Shown here: piece by piece, positions 9,595-20,199 of the stretch
Layout: the number at the start of each line of letters is the position of its first letter
How positions within the stretch are numbered: the stretch's first letter is position 1
Origin: a virus
Virus record (IMG/VR): IMGVR_UViG_3300025913_000021
Coordinates: 32,001-96,000 of that record
Reading direction: 5' to 3' (one strand)
DNA length: 64,000 bases
Notes under the pieces: model-generated
Told to the model about the DNA's origin: nothing
What the model saw: the letters and a program-made list of their open reading frames with translations, nothing else
The model's database searches: none
Program-made: the position numbers and the translations under genes

Positions 9595-10008
9595 CCCGCT
9601 CGAAGAAATACTGACGAGCATCGAAAACGGCGAGCATGCCACGACCGGCCGAGACTTCGGTCGTGGCATGGCCTACGCCGTGCGCCTGATCCGCGCCGCA
9701 CTCAATCCGAACGAGCCTGGTGCCGCTGAGGAAGTCGAACGTTCGACGACCTCGGGAGCTGGAAATGCCACTGCTCGTTCTGATGAACACGCCCTGCACG
9801 ACCTGCGGAAGCCAGGACGCCAGGCTGGTCGATGACGACCGCTGCCTGGAGCGCTACCTGGACGCCGGTGGCGAGCTGGACGACTACAACCCGGTGGAGC
9901 ACTGCGAGCACTTCGAGTGCACGAACTGCGGGAGCCGTTTCGACGGCTGACTAGCCCGCCTCTCCACTGGCATGATTCAATCCGAACAAGCCGGAGAGAG
10001 AGGCAGCC

Positions 10009-10881
10009 ATGACGATGTGGGGTGGGGGTGGATTCGACCCCGGCCTGAGCAGCAAGATCGACCAGATGCTCGCAGGGAAGCCCAGCGCGAAACAGCGTGT
10101 CGAGGAGTTCCTGGTCGATGAGCTGCACGTGGACCCGAGCAAGATCCCGCTGTCGTTCAAGGACGCCCGTGTTCTGATCAATCAGAAGATGGGCGAGCGC
10201 GACGCGGGATCTGCTCGTCTCCAGGGCAACTCGATGGGCCTGGTCTACGTCGAGTTCTTCAAGCAGGACCAGGATGAGCCCGACTCGTGCCCGAACTGCT
10301 CGGCCACGCGCATGGGCGGGGCCTACTTCTACCGATCCGGCAAGGACTGGATGTGCGACGACTGCGAGCAGTCGTTCACCTGGACGCCGACGAAGGCAGG
10401 CGGCGAGAAGGTCACCGAGCGCACCCACGCCTCGCTGTGGCCGGACCTGCTGCGCGTCTACACGTCCTTCCTCAAGCACGTCGAGCCCGAGGCCGTGGGC
10501 GATGCGCCCGACTGCGAGGGCTGCGGCGCATCCAACGCCGGTAGTCGTCGTGCACCGCACCTGTGTGACACGTGCGAGAAGCGACTCCAGGGTGGCAAGC
10601 CGATCGTACGGCCACCGGCCTTCACGAAGTTCATGGTCACGCACTCGTGGGCCGAGGCCGACGTGACCGGCGTGCCGGACAAGAAGCCCAAGTGGAAGCG
10701 GGCCGACAAGTACCCGACCGGCGCTCAGCTTCGGATCACCGACGGCACGGAGTTGATCTACGTGCGCATCGGCGGGCTGTTCTCGGATACCGATGTCGTC
10801 AACCTGGCCACGATGAAGCCGATCCAGAAGGTATCGGCCTGGACCGTCGTGGAGGTGCTCGATGACGAAGCCACTGGATGA
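10009..10881 (+). CDS. zinc-ribbon hypothetical protein
   Basis: CPNC, CDDC, CEGC, CDTC; RBS. Confidence 0.75.
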   Translation: MTMWGGGGFDPGLSSKIDQMLAGKPSAKQRVEEFLVDELHVDPSKIPLSFKDARVLINQKMGERDAGSARLQGNSMGLVYVEFFKQDQDEPDSCPNCSATRMGGAYFYRSGKDWMCDDCEQSFTWTPTKAGGEKVTERTHASLWPDLLRVYTSFLKHVEPEAVGDAPDCEGCGASNAGSRRAPHLCDTCEKRLQGGKPIVRPPAFTKFMVTHSWAEADVTGVPDKKPKWKRADKYPTGAQLRITDGTELIYVRIGGLFSDTDVVNLATMKPIQKVSAWTVVEVLDDEATG

Positions 10882-11098
10882 CAACCTGCACGAAATGGAG
10901 CCGCTCTCCACGGCCGACCGCTGCGATCGTTGCGGCGCTCAGGCGTGGGTGCGCGTCGGGATCGGCGACAGCAGCCTGCTGTTCTGCGGGCACCACTTCG
11001 CCGAGAGCGAGGACCGGCTGCGGCCGATCGCTTCCTACGTGCACGACGAGAGGGAGCACCTCCGTGCGAGCGAGAAGAAGGCTGCGACCGTCGGTTAG
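10862..11098 (+). CDS. small actinobacterial-type Zn-binding protein
   Basis: ADRCDRCGAQA...LLFCGHH signature. Confidence 0.75.
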   Translation: MTKPLDDNLHEMEPLSTADRCDRCGAQAWVRVGIGDSSLLFCGHHFAESEDRLRPIASYVHDEREHLRASEKKAATVG

Positions 11099-11164
11099 CT
11101 TCCGCATCCGCGCCTGGCTGCATCGCCGGGCTCGGGAACGGGAGATCGCGGCCCTGCGCCGCCA

Positions 11165-11533
11165 GTGACCACCTACGACCTGTCCACCGCCGTCCGTGAC
11201 GAGTGGGACGACGGATTCGAGGACTGCGACGACTGCGCAGAACCGTGGGAGCAGCCCAAGTGGGACTGCGGCTGCTCACGATGCAAGCCCGGCCTTCGCG
11301 ACTCGGAGCGCTGCATCTGTCCCGCCAATCTCGTCATCAACGACGACGGCACCCGCCAGTGGCACGGCACCCTCAAGGGCAATACGGACGGGTGTCCAAT
11401 TCACATCCAGCCTGGTTGCCCACAATGCGGCGAGACCTGGATCAAGTCTTGGCGCTGGCCGAAGTGCGACTCGTGCGGCTGGACCGCACCGATCATCGAA
11501 GAAGAACCATCCGCGCTCGACCTGAGCGCCTAG
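11165..11533 (+). CDS. Cys-rich protein with near-terminal IIEEEP
   Basis: Multiple CxxC; ...PIIEEEPSALDLSA. Confidence 0.65.
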   Translation: MTTYDLSTAVRDEWDDGFEDCDDCAEPWEQPKWDCGCSRCKPGLRDSERCICPANLVINDDGTRQWHGTLKGNTDGCPIHIQPGCPQCGETWIKSWRWPKCDSCGWTAPIIEEEPSALDLSA

Positions 11534-11550
11534 GACCCTGGAGGTCACTC

Positions 11551-12030
11551 ATGGGAATGTCCCTGTCCGTCAACCGCGAGAAGCTGCTCGCCCAGTTGAC
11601 CGAGAAACTCGACAAGATCGACAAGTTCTACGACGACGAGAAGGTCAAGCTCGAAGCGGCACTCACCGCGCTGACCACCGGCAAGGACGCCTGGGCCAAC
11701 TACCACCGCGAGATTGCCGAGGGTCTCGACAACGGCGACTACGTGTACGACAACGGCCGCATCAAGGTGGCGCGGGACCGGCACGGTCGCCAGGCGACCG
11801 GCAAGCCGTTGCCCGACAAGCCGGACAGCAAGCAGGCCAACAACTACGGCAACCGCCAGCAGATCGAGAACAACCTGGAGTGGCTGGAGCAGTACCGCCA
11901 GCGTGACCTGGAACCGGTGCGCGCCGCGATCAGCATCCTGAACCTCTCCGAGGACGAGTCGATCACCATCGAGGGCTCGGACTACGACCGGCTGCTCTCG
12001 CAGTCCGTCGGCCGCAACTTCGCCTGGTAG
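11551..12030 (+). CDS. hypothetical protein
   Basis: CCCTGGAGG RBS. Confidence 0.8.
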   Translation: MGMSLSVNREKLLAQLTEKLDKIDKFYDDEKVKLEAALTALTTGKDAWANYHREIAEGLDNGDYVYDNGRIKVARDRHGRQATGKPLPDKPDSKQANNYGNRQQIENNLEWLEQYRQRDLEPVRAAISILNLSEDESITIEGSDYDRLLSQSVGRNFAW

Positions 12031-12445
12031 ATCGTGATCTCCATCGAGGTCACCTCGCGCAACCGCATGGTGACCCTGCGTCGTAACCCGCCGAGGATGA
12101 TCTTCCTCACGGATCGGCCGATCGGCTTCTGGAAGCGCATGCAGCGCCTGCTCAACCGGTTCCCGCTCAACCCGACCCGTCGTCACCACGAGACCCTCAA
12201 GCCGCTGTTCGGCACCCAACGAGGTACGAGCAACGAGCCGGTCGCGAGCCGCAACGACCACCTGATGAAGCAGACCAACTGCTACACGTGGCTCGGCTTC
12301 GAACTCCTGATCTCCACGCGTTACCCGCTCACCGCAGAGGAGAGCGCGCAGTGGACGAGTCCGAGTCACCGAGACCGCTCGACGGCACTTCGCCACTTCT
12401 GATCCGACCCGACGGCACCTGCCGTCCTGAGTCCCTGGAGGACAC

Positions 12446-13243
12446 ATGCCCGCACCCGCACCCGGCAAGGCGACCATGAAGCTCACGCTCACCATCGGGA
12501 TGATCCCGCTGGCCCTGGACGTGTTCAGCGCGGTCGAGGAGTCCAACATCAGCCGATCCATGTACGTCAAGGACGGCGGCACCCTGCACAAGGTCGGCAT
12601 GACGACCTACGACACCGTGACCGGCAAGAACGTCGAGCGCAGCGACGTGATCAAGTGCGTCGAGACGCCCGAGGGTGACCTCGTGGAGGTCAGCGACGAC
12701 GAGTTGCAGGCCATGCTCGCCAGCGAGAACGGCACCTGCTCGTTCCTCGGCTTCCTGCCCCAGGACCAGTTCGACTACTCGACCGAGAAGCCGTACCAGG
12801 TGCGCCCGCAGCGGGCCAAGACGAAGCAGAACCCGTACGAGAAGCCGTTCGTGCTCATCATGGAAGCCATGCGCGAGACCAGCACCGTCGCGCTGCTCAG
12901 CTTCGTCAGCCGGGGCAAGACGCGCTACGCCGCGATCGACTGCGACGGCCACCTCGCCACGCTGCGCTTCGATGAGGAGGTGCGCGCCGAGCGGCCGATG
13001 CCGACCGTCACGCTCACCGCCCAGGAGAAGGCGATGGGCGTGTCGTTCATCGACAACTTCAAGGTGGACGAGGCCCCGGTGTTCCACGACGACGACTCCG
13101 AGCGCCTCATGCAGTTCGCCGTCCAGAAGGTCAAGACGCTGGCCGAGGGCGGCGAGGTCGTGATCCCGACGGTCGAGAGCGCGGCTCCGGCTGCCGGTGA
13201 CGACCTCATGGCGCTCATGGCCGCGAGCCTCCAGCAGAAGTGA
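12446..13243 (+). CDS. ku: Ku DNA end-binding protein
   Basis: LTIGMIPLALDVFSAV, DTVTGKNVERSDVIK, VSDDEL, LRFDEEVR and DLMALMAASL match the prokaryotic Ku core. Confidence 0.88.
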   Translation: MPAPAPGKATMKLTLTIGMIPLALDVFSAVEESNISRSMYVKDGGTLHKVGMTTYDTVTGKNVERSDVIKCVETPEGDLVEVSDDELQAMLASENGTCSFLGFLPQDQFDYSTEKPYQVRPQRAKTKQNPYEKPFVLIMEAMRETSTVALLSFVSRGKTRYAAIDCDGHLATLRFDEEVRAERPMPTVTLTAQEKAMGVSFIDNFKVDEAPVFHDDDSERLMQFAVQKVKTLAEGGEVVIPTVESAAPAAGDDLMALMAASLQQK

Positions 13244-13491
13244 CCGAGGAACGCAGCCCGGCCGCACTCAGGGCGTGGAAGCAGTCGCAACCACCGAGGC
13301 CAGCGAACCGATCGTTCGCGTCGCTGGCCGAGCTGGGCGCGTACCTCGACCAACTCGCGCCGGACGTGATCATCAAGTTCCACCTCGATCTCCTGGACAA
13401 CGCACGAGAGCGAGCGCTCTACACGATCGCCACGCTATTCGAGGGCACCTACACGGTCCACGTTCACGCCGAGGTCAAGGAGACACCCTGA
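13240..13491 (+). CDS. hypothetical protein ending EVKETP
   Basis: GTGA coupling. Confidence 0.6.
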   Translation: MTEERSPAALRAWKQSQPPRPANRSFASLAELGAYLDQLAPDVIIKFHLDLLDNARERALYTIATLFEGTYTVHVHAEVKETP

Positions 13492-14284
13492 TGCAGGGCG
13501 AGATCATCAGTCACTCGAAGATGCGACAGGCGAGTGACATTGCCGACCGGCTTCGGGCTCAAGCACAGCAGATCGCCGTGCTCCCGAAGCCCCTCTACGA
13601 CGCGATCCAGGAGGCCCAGCGCTTCCTGGACGAGATCGCGTGGCTAGGAGCCGAACGATGAGCGCAACACCGCTGGAGCTGCTCCAGTCGATCGTGCAGA
13701 CGGCGTACGACCTCCAGCAGGCTCCCGACGACCTGCTGGCCAACTACGCCAAGGGCCTGAGCGACGTGGACGACATGCTCGACAGCATCAGCTCGGCCGT
13801 CGAGGACGAGAAGAACGAGCGCGAGGTCCCCGGTGACCTGCTCGGGAGGGACCTGCCATGACCACCATCAAGATCACCGATCCGGTGATCGAGGAGCGAC
13901 GGGCGAAGCGACAGACGCTCGTGTTCGTAATGCTCACGATTCTGACGGCCGTCGTAATCGTCTGCGACCTGCTCAGCGACATCTTCCTCCGGCCGCGTCA
14001 CCAGACGGCCGCGTACCACGTCGTCAACATCGCCACCGACTACGACCTCCAGGCGAGCGCGTTCGTGCTCGCTTGGATCATCGTGGCCGTCCGGGTCTGG
14101 AGGCGTCGGTGACCAGCGAGGACATCGTGGAGAGCGTCCACAACCTCGCGGTCGAACTGAGCGATCTCGACGGCATGACCGCCCGGGTGTTCCAGGCTGA
14201 CGACTGGTTGAAGGAGCGCGAGGAGCTGCGCAGTCGGCTGGAGACCGTACGCAACGACATCAGCGCGATCCTGGACGAGATCTG

Positions 14285-14641
14285 ATGGCCAGTGCACGAC
14301 CCGGCCCGAAGCAGTTCAGCGCGCCGATGCCGGAGATCCTGTTCGTGCTCGACAACGACTTCGAGCAGCGGTACTACCGCTCGCCGGAGACGGCTGCGCG
14401 GGGCATGGGTTGGCTCGCCAGGGACTACGGCCAGGTCGTTGCCTACCGGCGCATCGACGAGGGTGGGCCGAACATGGCGCAGGTCCGGAAGATCATGACC
14501 GACGCCGAGGCCGACTTCGCGAAGAAGTACCCGCGCGGTTGGCAACCAGGGATCTCGCAGGCCGACTTCCAGAAGGACTCGCAAGCGATGGACAAGCGCG
14601 TCCGCGAGGAGCTGGCGAAGCTGTTCGCGCAAGTGCGCTGA
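14285..14641 (+). CDS. hypothetical protein
   Basis: TGATG coupling. Confidence 0.7.
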   Translation: MASARPGPKQFSAPMPEILFVLDNDFEQRYYRSPETAARGMGWLARDYGQVVAYRRIDEGGPNMAQVRKIMTDAEADFAKKYPRGWQPGISQADFQKDSQAMDKRVREELAKLFAQVR

Positions 14642-14653
14642 ACCTATCCACAT

Positions 14654-14689
14654 GATCGGACTCGGGGGCTAGTATTCCCGAGTCCGATC
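14654..14689. terminator. 13-bp inverted repeat
   Basis: GATCGGACTCGGG / CCCGAGTCCGATC in an intergenic gap. Confidence 0.55.
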
Positions 14690-14739
14690 GAATGTTCGTG
14701 ATCGCGAGGAAACAGCCCCGCGATCTTGGGGAGGAACCC

Positions 14740-15132
14740 GTGTCACAACCCCACATCACCGAGCTGGGGGCATTCGATCCGATCCAGGCGTTCTACGAGA
14801 CGTTCTCCAACCTGACGCGGCTGTTCGACGGCCTCAACCAGGACCCGGAGGCATTGCCTCCCGAGGAGATCATCCGCGCGACGATCGTGTCGGTGGATCT
14901 CCTGGAAGCGATCACGGAGACGACGCTGCACTCGATGCTCCTGATGCTGGCGAAGTTCGTGCCGCCCGAGGTCTACGAGGCCGCACGTACCGAGTACATG
15001 CTCGCCAAGGAGACGCGCACTCCCGACGAGGCGCGCGAGTACAAGATGACGTTGATGCGCAAGATCACGACGTTCATCCCGCACGAGGCTGCCTATCCGA
15101 AGGACGAGCCGCCTCCGGCACCCGACGCCTGA
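14740..15132 (+). CDS. hypothetical protein
   Basis: GGAGG RBS before GTG 14740. Confidence 0.7.
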   Translation: MSQPHITELGAFDPIQAFYETFSNLTRLFDGLNQDPEALPPEEIIRATIVSVDLLEAITETTLHSMLLMLAKFVPPEVYEAARTEYMLAKETRTPDEAREYKMTLMRKITTFIPHEAAYPKDEPPPAPDA

Positions 15133-15172
15133 TCCATCCACGTGCTTCGGCACCCTGACCCTGGAGGTCAAC

Positions 15173-16354
15173 TTGGGAAAGACCGCCTGGCGACCCGCAC
15201 CGTGGTTCGGACGGGGGAGCTGGCTGTTCACGGACGGAACCATCGAGCAGGCCCCCACGGTCGAGACCACGCCGTCGCAGCGGCGGTGGCGGATCAGCGG
15301 GACCGACATGTCCGTCCAGAAATACGACCTGCGCGACAAGATCGTCGCCTACATGCAGAACCGGGCGCGTGCGGCCGGGACGACGCTGTGGATGGAACTG
15401 ACGGACGACGAGGACAACGACGTGGCCCTGCACGAGAAGGTCGCGTGCGGCACCCACCAGAAGTTCTCGTTCGACAAGACGCCGCCCGTCAGCCTGGAGC
15501 GCGGGAAGATCCTCCCGATCGCCTTCGAATTCCGGCACGCCACCTACCCGCTGCGCGCGATGATCTGGGTGGTGCTCCGTACCGACGCGTACGGCGCGGC
15601 ATCGGTGTCCGCTGGCATCACCTACCGCGCCGGGGACACCATGCGCGCTGGCGATCACAGCGTGTCGCTCTACAACAAGGACCGTGGTTGGGCGCTGAAC
15701 CAGAAGTTCAAGCCCGACCTCGGATTCGAGTTGACCGAGACGCGCTTCGGTAGTCGGCCACGACAGGCGGCGGCGAAGTTCGTCGAGCTGTTGCAGCAGG
15801 CGCAGGAGGTCGATACGGTCCAGATCCCCGACGGTCGTGACCCGAAGGGACGCACGACGCTGGAGTTCCAGTTCGTGCGATCGAACTACACGCAGGACTT
15901 CTATCGCCAGTTGCTCGACATCGTGCAGTCGGGCCCGGCGATGGAGCGTTTGGCCGAGCATCTGAAAGGCATCCGCCGCGAGTTGAGCAACCTCGGCCTG
16001 GTCGCCCAGGACAAGGACGGCTTCGATCTCAACGCGCTGCTCAACGGCAAGCTCTCCGAGTTCCAGGTGCAGCTCGTCCCGCAAGAGCCGAGCGACACCG
16101 ACAAGGACGGCCACGGTCGCGACCCGCACCACAAGGTCCACCTGGACCTGGCGCACGGCGTGTTCGCCGTGAGCTGCAACCGGCACGACCTGGAGGAGGT
16201 CGCGGAGCAGTGGAACATCGCCAAGTTCAAGGCGGAGGTGACGGGCGAGACCGATGCGCTGCTGGCCTACGCTGAGGCGTACAACGACCCAGCCGAACGT
16301 GCTCGGATCAAGAAGATCGTCAACGAGCGACGGCTCCCCGCGCGTGGCGCGTGA
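15173..16354 (+). CDS. hypothetical protein (393 aa)
   Basis: CCCTGGAGG RBS, TTG start, coding-like codon bias. Confidence 0.75.
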   Translation: MGKTAWRPAPWFGRGSWLFTDGTIEQAPTVETTPSQRRWRISGTDMSVQKYDLRDKIVAYMQNRARAAGTTLWMELTDDEDNDVALHEKVACGTHQKFSFDKTPPVSLERGKILPIAFEFRHATYPLRAMIWVVLRTDAYGAASVSAGITYRAGDTMRAGDHSVSLYNKDRGWALNQKFKPDLGFELTETRFGSRPRQAAAKFVELLQQAQEVDTVQIPDGRDPKGRTTLEFQFVRSNYTQDFYRQLLDIVQSGPAMERLAEHLKGIRRELSNLGLVAQDKDGFDLNALLNGKLSEFQVQLVPQEPSDTDKDGHGRDPHHKVHLDLAHGVFAVSCNRHDLEEVAEQWNIAKFKAEVTGETDALLAYAEAYNDPAERARIKKIVNERRLPARGA

Positions 16355-16364
16355 CGCATGACGT

Positions 16365-16410
16365 GACGTTACGTGCACCTCACGTAGCGACGCGAGGCAC
16401 CGCCGGACAG
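16365..16410. repeat. diverged intergenic element, copy B
   Basis: Aligns with 2955-3002. Confidence 0.5.
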
Positions 16411-16514
16411 AAATCCCACTTTCCACTGGACCCAAATCGTCAGACCCAAGCCGTACCATCCAACCCGAACGTTCGAGACTTCACCCGTCTCCCTGAGTCC
16501 CTGGAGGACACACC

Positions 16515-17765
16515 GTGACCAGTACCGTCAAGAGCAAGCCCGTCGCCGCCGCCGCTACCCCGGCGACGGAGAACACCCAGCAGCAGATCCAGCGCATCAT
16601 CGCCGAGATGGGCGAGACGCACTTCGAGCGCCGCGAGATCATCGAGGCGATCTGGACCGCCGCCGTCAGCCAGCAGCACCTGCTCATGGTCGGCCCGGGC
16701 GGCACCGGCAAGTCGATGATCTCCCGCGACTTCGCCTCCCGCGTGGACGGCGCGGCGTACTTCGAGATCGCGATGGACGAGACCACCACGCCCGACCAGA
16801 TCCTCGGCCCGCCGGACATCAAGAGCATGGTCGAGGAGGGCAAGACCCGTCGGGTCACCGACGGCATGCTGCCGACGGCGCACTACGCCTTCCTGGACGA
16901 GTTCTTCAACGCCAACGGCCCGGCGCTGCACTGCTGCATGCCGATCCTCAACGAGCGGATCGTGCACAACAACGGCAAGCCGGTCCCGACGCCGCTGCGC
17001 TCGGCCGTCATGGGCACCAACAAGCTCAACGCCGACCAGGACCAGGCGGCGCTCTGGGACCGGGTGCACCTGCGGCACCAGATCGGCTACGTCACCGACC
17101 GCGACAACCTGAACGCGCTGCTCAACGCGGCCGTCCTGCGCTCGGTGTCCACGTTCCAGACGCCGCAGCGGACCACGGTCAGCCTCGGTGACCTGGACAT
17201 GGCGCACGACGAGGCCATGCTCCTGCCGTACAGCGACCTCGCGGCCGAGACGTTCCTCAACCTCTACGAGGAGCTGGCGCGCAAGGGCATCGTGATCTCG
17301 ACCCGGCGTGCCGTCGAGGGCCGCAAGGCCGTGCTGGCGAGCGCGTGGCTCAACGGCCACGACGAGGTGCTCGTCGGCGACCTGTCGATCCTCCGGCACC
17401 TGTTCTGGAACCGGCAGGAGGAGGTCAACGAGGTCAAGAACACGATCCTCTCGGCCTGCAACCCGGGCGAGAAGGCGGCGCTGGAGTTCCTGGAGCAGCT
17501 CGACAAGCTCAAGGTGGACTACCAGGCGGCGTGCGACCTGGACGACATCAAGCGCAACACCGCCGCGATCGACGTGTTCAAGAAGGCGCAGGGCCTGATC
17601 GACAAGGCCGCGCCGCTCCGGGACACCGCCGTCGCGGCCGGTGCGGGCACGCAGCGCATCGACGACCTGATCGAGTCCAGCAAGGCGCTGCGGCTCAAGA
17701 TCGGCGTCGAGTGCTTCGACATGGACCCGAGCGACATCGACAAGGTGCCGTCCGGCCGTCGATGA
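16515..17765 (+). CDS. MoxR/RavA-family AAA+ ATPase
   Basis: Walker A GPGGTGKS, Walker B AFLDEFF, TTPDQILGP, ALWDRV. Confidence 0.9.
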   Translation: MTSTVKSKPVAAAATPATENTQQQIQRIIAEMGETHFERREIIEAIWTAAVSQQHLLMVGPGGTGKSMISRDFASRVDGAAYFEIAMDETTTPDQILGPPDIKSMVEEGKTRRVTDGMLPTAHYAFLDEFFNANGPALHCCMPILNERIVHNNGKPVPTPLRSAVMGTNKLNADQDQAALWDRVHLRHQIGYVTDRDNLNALLNAAVLRSVSTFQTPQRTTVSLGDLDMAHDEAMLLPYSDLAAETFLNLYEELARKGIVISTRRAVEGRKAVLASAWLNGHDEVLVGDLSILRHLFWNRQEEVNEVKNTILSACNPGEKAALEFLEQLDKLKVDYQAACDLDDIKRNTAAIDVFKKAQGLIDKAAPLRDTAVAAGAGTQRIDDLIESSKALRLKIGVECFDMDPSDIDKVPSGRR

Positions 17766-17983
17766 GCAGGATGGTCATGGTCGCGCTGACGGACGAGCAG
17801 GTAGCTGTTCTCCGTCAGCGCGGCCTCACCTCCGACGAGGAGATCCGCCAGGTCATGCTCAAGGGCATGGGCACGCTGTTCGACCTCTACGACGTGACCA
17901 ACGACGGCCAGCTCGTGGTTCTTCGGCCAGGCGCGAAGGTCCGTGGCCGATTCCGCCGCATCACCCTCGACATCGACACCTGA
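17762..17983 (+). CDS. small hypothetical protein between the AAA+ and VWA genes
   Basis: ATGA coupling. Confidence 0.65.
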   Translation: MSRMVMVALTDEQVAVLRQRGLTSDEEIRQVMLKGMGTLFDLYDVTNDGQLVVLRPGAKVRGRFRRITLDIDT

Positions 17984-18023
17984 CACGACGGCGAGCACCC
18001 GTCTCTAGCCCTGGAGGCTACGC

Positions 18024-19973
18024 ATGACCAACCCCAACCTGCCCAGTCCGCTCAACTTCGCCGACAAGTTCGCGGCCAAGGCCGGGCGCGCCGGGCGGAT
18101 CCTCAACCCGTTCCGGCAGAAGGTGAAGCGCGAGTTCACCCGCCAGATCATCAAGACGACCTCCTGGGACGAGTTCGACTGGAAAACCGTCCGCAAGGAC
18201 AAGGAGATCGACAAGGCGATCACCGACCTGTACCTCGGCGACCTCAAGAACCCCGAGGAGCGGCCCGGCTACCTCAACGCGCCGGAGCTGATCCAGGACA
18301 TCTTCATGTGCTTCCTCAAGCCCGTGCCGATGCTGCACAAGAAGCACGAGGTGAAAAGGGACGCCCGCCTGAATGGCAAGTTCGTGGAGCAGCTCATGGC
18401 TCTCACGGACTACGAGCGGCTGCACGACCAGACCATGACCGACGTGATGCTGTCCCGCATGGCGACGATCGTCGTCATCGAGGCGCTCCAGGAAATGATC
18501 AAGCAGCACCGCGAGGCCGTGAAGGCTGCCAACGAGGAGCGCCGCAAGCAGGGCGACATCCCGCAGGACAAGCTGCCGCCCAGCAACGGTGGCGACTCCT
18601 GGGACGAGGAGAGTGGCCAGGGCCAGTCCAAGTCCAGCGGCTCGGGCGGCGGCGAGGGCAACGCGGAGGGCACGCCCGGCAAGAACGAGAACACCGGCCA
18701 GTCCCAGCAGCAGGGCCAGGACCCCGGCGAGCCCGGCCAGGAGAACGAGCAGCCGGAGACGCCGTGGGACAACGAGCAGGAAATGCGCGAGCAGATGCGC
18801 AAGGAGCTGGAGGAGCAGCGCAAGCGCGAGCAGGAGTCCGGCGCGTCCCAGGGCGAGTTCTCCGGTCAGAACGACGCGACCGGCGAGCACGGCGAGGGCG
18901 AGGGCGACGAGTCCGAGGGTGAGGGCGAGGGCGACGACGAGGGCAACCTCGACGACCTGGAGCGCGAGTTCGACGACATGGACCTGGACGAGATCGAGGA
19001 GACCGACTGGGAGCAGATGTTCGAGGGCGTGGACTTCGGTCGGCACGTCAACTCGGCTCTCGGCAAGGCGGCGGACTCGATCCAGGAACTCGACGACCTG
19101 CGCAAGGGCGTCGGCATCGACGACGCCGAGTGGAAGGCGATGGACCCCACCGAGCGGCTCAAGATCGCCGAGCGGCTCAACACGCCACGGATGAAGCAGA
19201 TCGCCGACATGGTGGGCCGGATGAAGCGCTTCGCGCTGTCCAAGCAGGCCACGAAGGTGATCGACGCGCCCCACGAGATCTACGACGTGGAAATGGGCAA
19301 CGACATCCGGCGCGTGCTGCGCAGCGAGTTCGCGTTCCTCGGTCACCCGGACACGAAGATCCTGTTCTACAAGAAGTACATCGACCACGAGCTGCTCCAG
19401 TACAAGGAGCGTGGGCACGAGGACGTGGGCAAGGGCCCGATGATCGTGTGCATCGACAACTCGGGCTCGATGGGTGGAGCGCCGGAGAACTGGGCGAAGG
19501 GCGTGGCCGAGGCGATGCGTCGCGTCTGCGCCGACCAGCGCCGGGACTTCTACGCGATGTACTTCGAGACCAACCGACACCGTGAGCGGTTCGACTTCCC
19601 GATGGGCCAGGGCCCGTTCGAGAAGGTGCTCTCGTTCCTGGCGGTCAGCGCGGGTGGTGGCACCGAGTTCGACGGCGTGCTCACCGAGGCGCTCCAGCGG
19701 TGCGAGACGATGTTCGAGTCCGAGGGCAAGGGCAAGGCCGACATCGTGTTCATCACCGACGGCGAGGCGTACCTCGACCAGGCGTGGATCGACAAGTTCG
19801 TGAAGCGGCGGGACGAGATCGGTGCCCGGATCTTCGGCATCTACATCAGCGCCTACGACTCCAGCCGGGGCAGCGCCACGCGCCTGCTGGAGAAGTTCTG
19901 CCAGGTGGTCGTGCCCGTCAAGGCCCTGGAGGTCAACGACGACGCCAGCGACCTGCTGTTCAGCTCGCTGTGA
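18024..19973 (+). CDS. VWA (MIDAS) domain protein, ViaA-like partner of the AAA+ ATPase
   Basis: CIDNSGSM, GGGTEF, FITDGE; long acidic Gly/Glu/Gln linker. Confidence 0.88.
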   Translation: MTNPNLPSPLNFADKFAAKAGRAGRILNPFRQKVKREFTRQIIKTTSWDEFDWKTVRKDKEIDKAITDLYLGDLKNPEERPGYLNAPELIQDIFMCFLKPVPMLHKKHEVKRDARLNGKFVEQLMALTDYERLHDQTMTDVMLSRMATIVVIEALQEMIKQHREAVKAANEERRKQGDIPQDKLPPSNGGDSWDEESGQGQSKSSGSGGGEGNAEGTPGKNENTGQSQQQGQDPGEPGQENEQPETPWDNEQEMREQMRKELEEQRKREQESGASQGEFSGQNDATGEHGEGEGDESEGEGEGDDEGNLDDLEREFDDMDLDEIEETDWEQMFEGVDFGRHVNSALGKAADSIQELDDLRKGVGIDDAEWKAMDPTERLKIAERLNTPRMKQIADMVGRMKRFALSKQATKVIDAPHEIYDVEMGNDIRRVLRSEFAFLGHPDTKILFYKKYIDHELLQYKERGHEDVGKGPMIVCIDNSGSMGGAPENWAKGVAEAMRRVCADQRRDFYAMYFETNRHRERFDFPMGQGPFEKVLSFLAVSAGGGTEFDGVLTEALQRCETMFESEGKGKADIVFITDGEAYLDQAWIDKFVKRRDEIGARIFGIYISAYDSSRGSATRLLEKFCQVVVPVKALEVNDDASDLLFSSL

Positions 19974-20199
19974 CCGAGAAGTCGCCCGCCGAGCTGCGCG
20001 CCGAGGGCCTCCAGATGATCGACGAGTCGCGTGTTCGTAACGCGGCTCATCGTCTGGAGGTCCAGCGCGCGCTCGGCAGTGCCTACATCCAGTGGAAATA
20101 CTGCCCGCGCCGCTACTGGCGCGAGCGGGGTCGTCTGCGGCGCGCCTTCCGAGCGATCGAGGCGGAGGCGCGCCGCATCTACGGCGGACGGCTGTTCCA

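Noticed and set aside
16465-16476. LexA SOS boxes
   Set aside because: The actinobacterial box is TCGAAC-N4-GTTCGA; here the half-sites have no spacer or occur singly.
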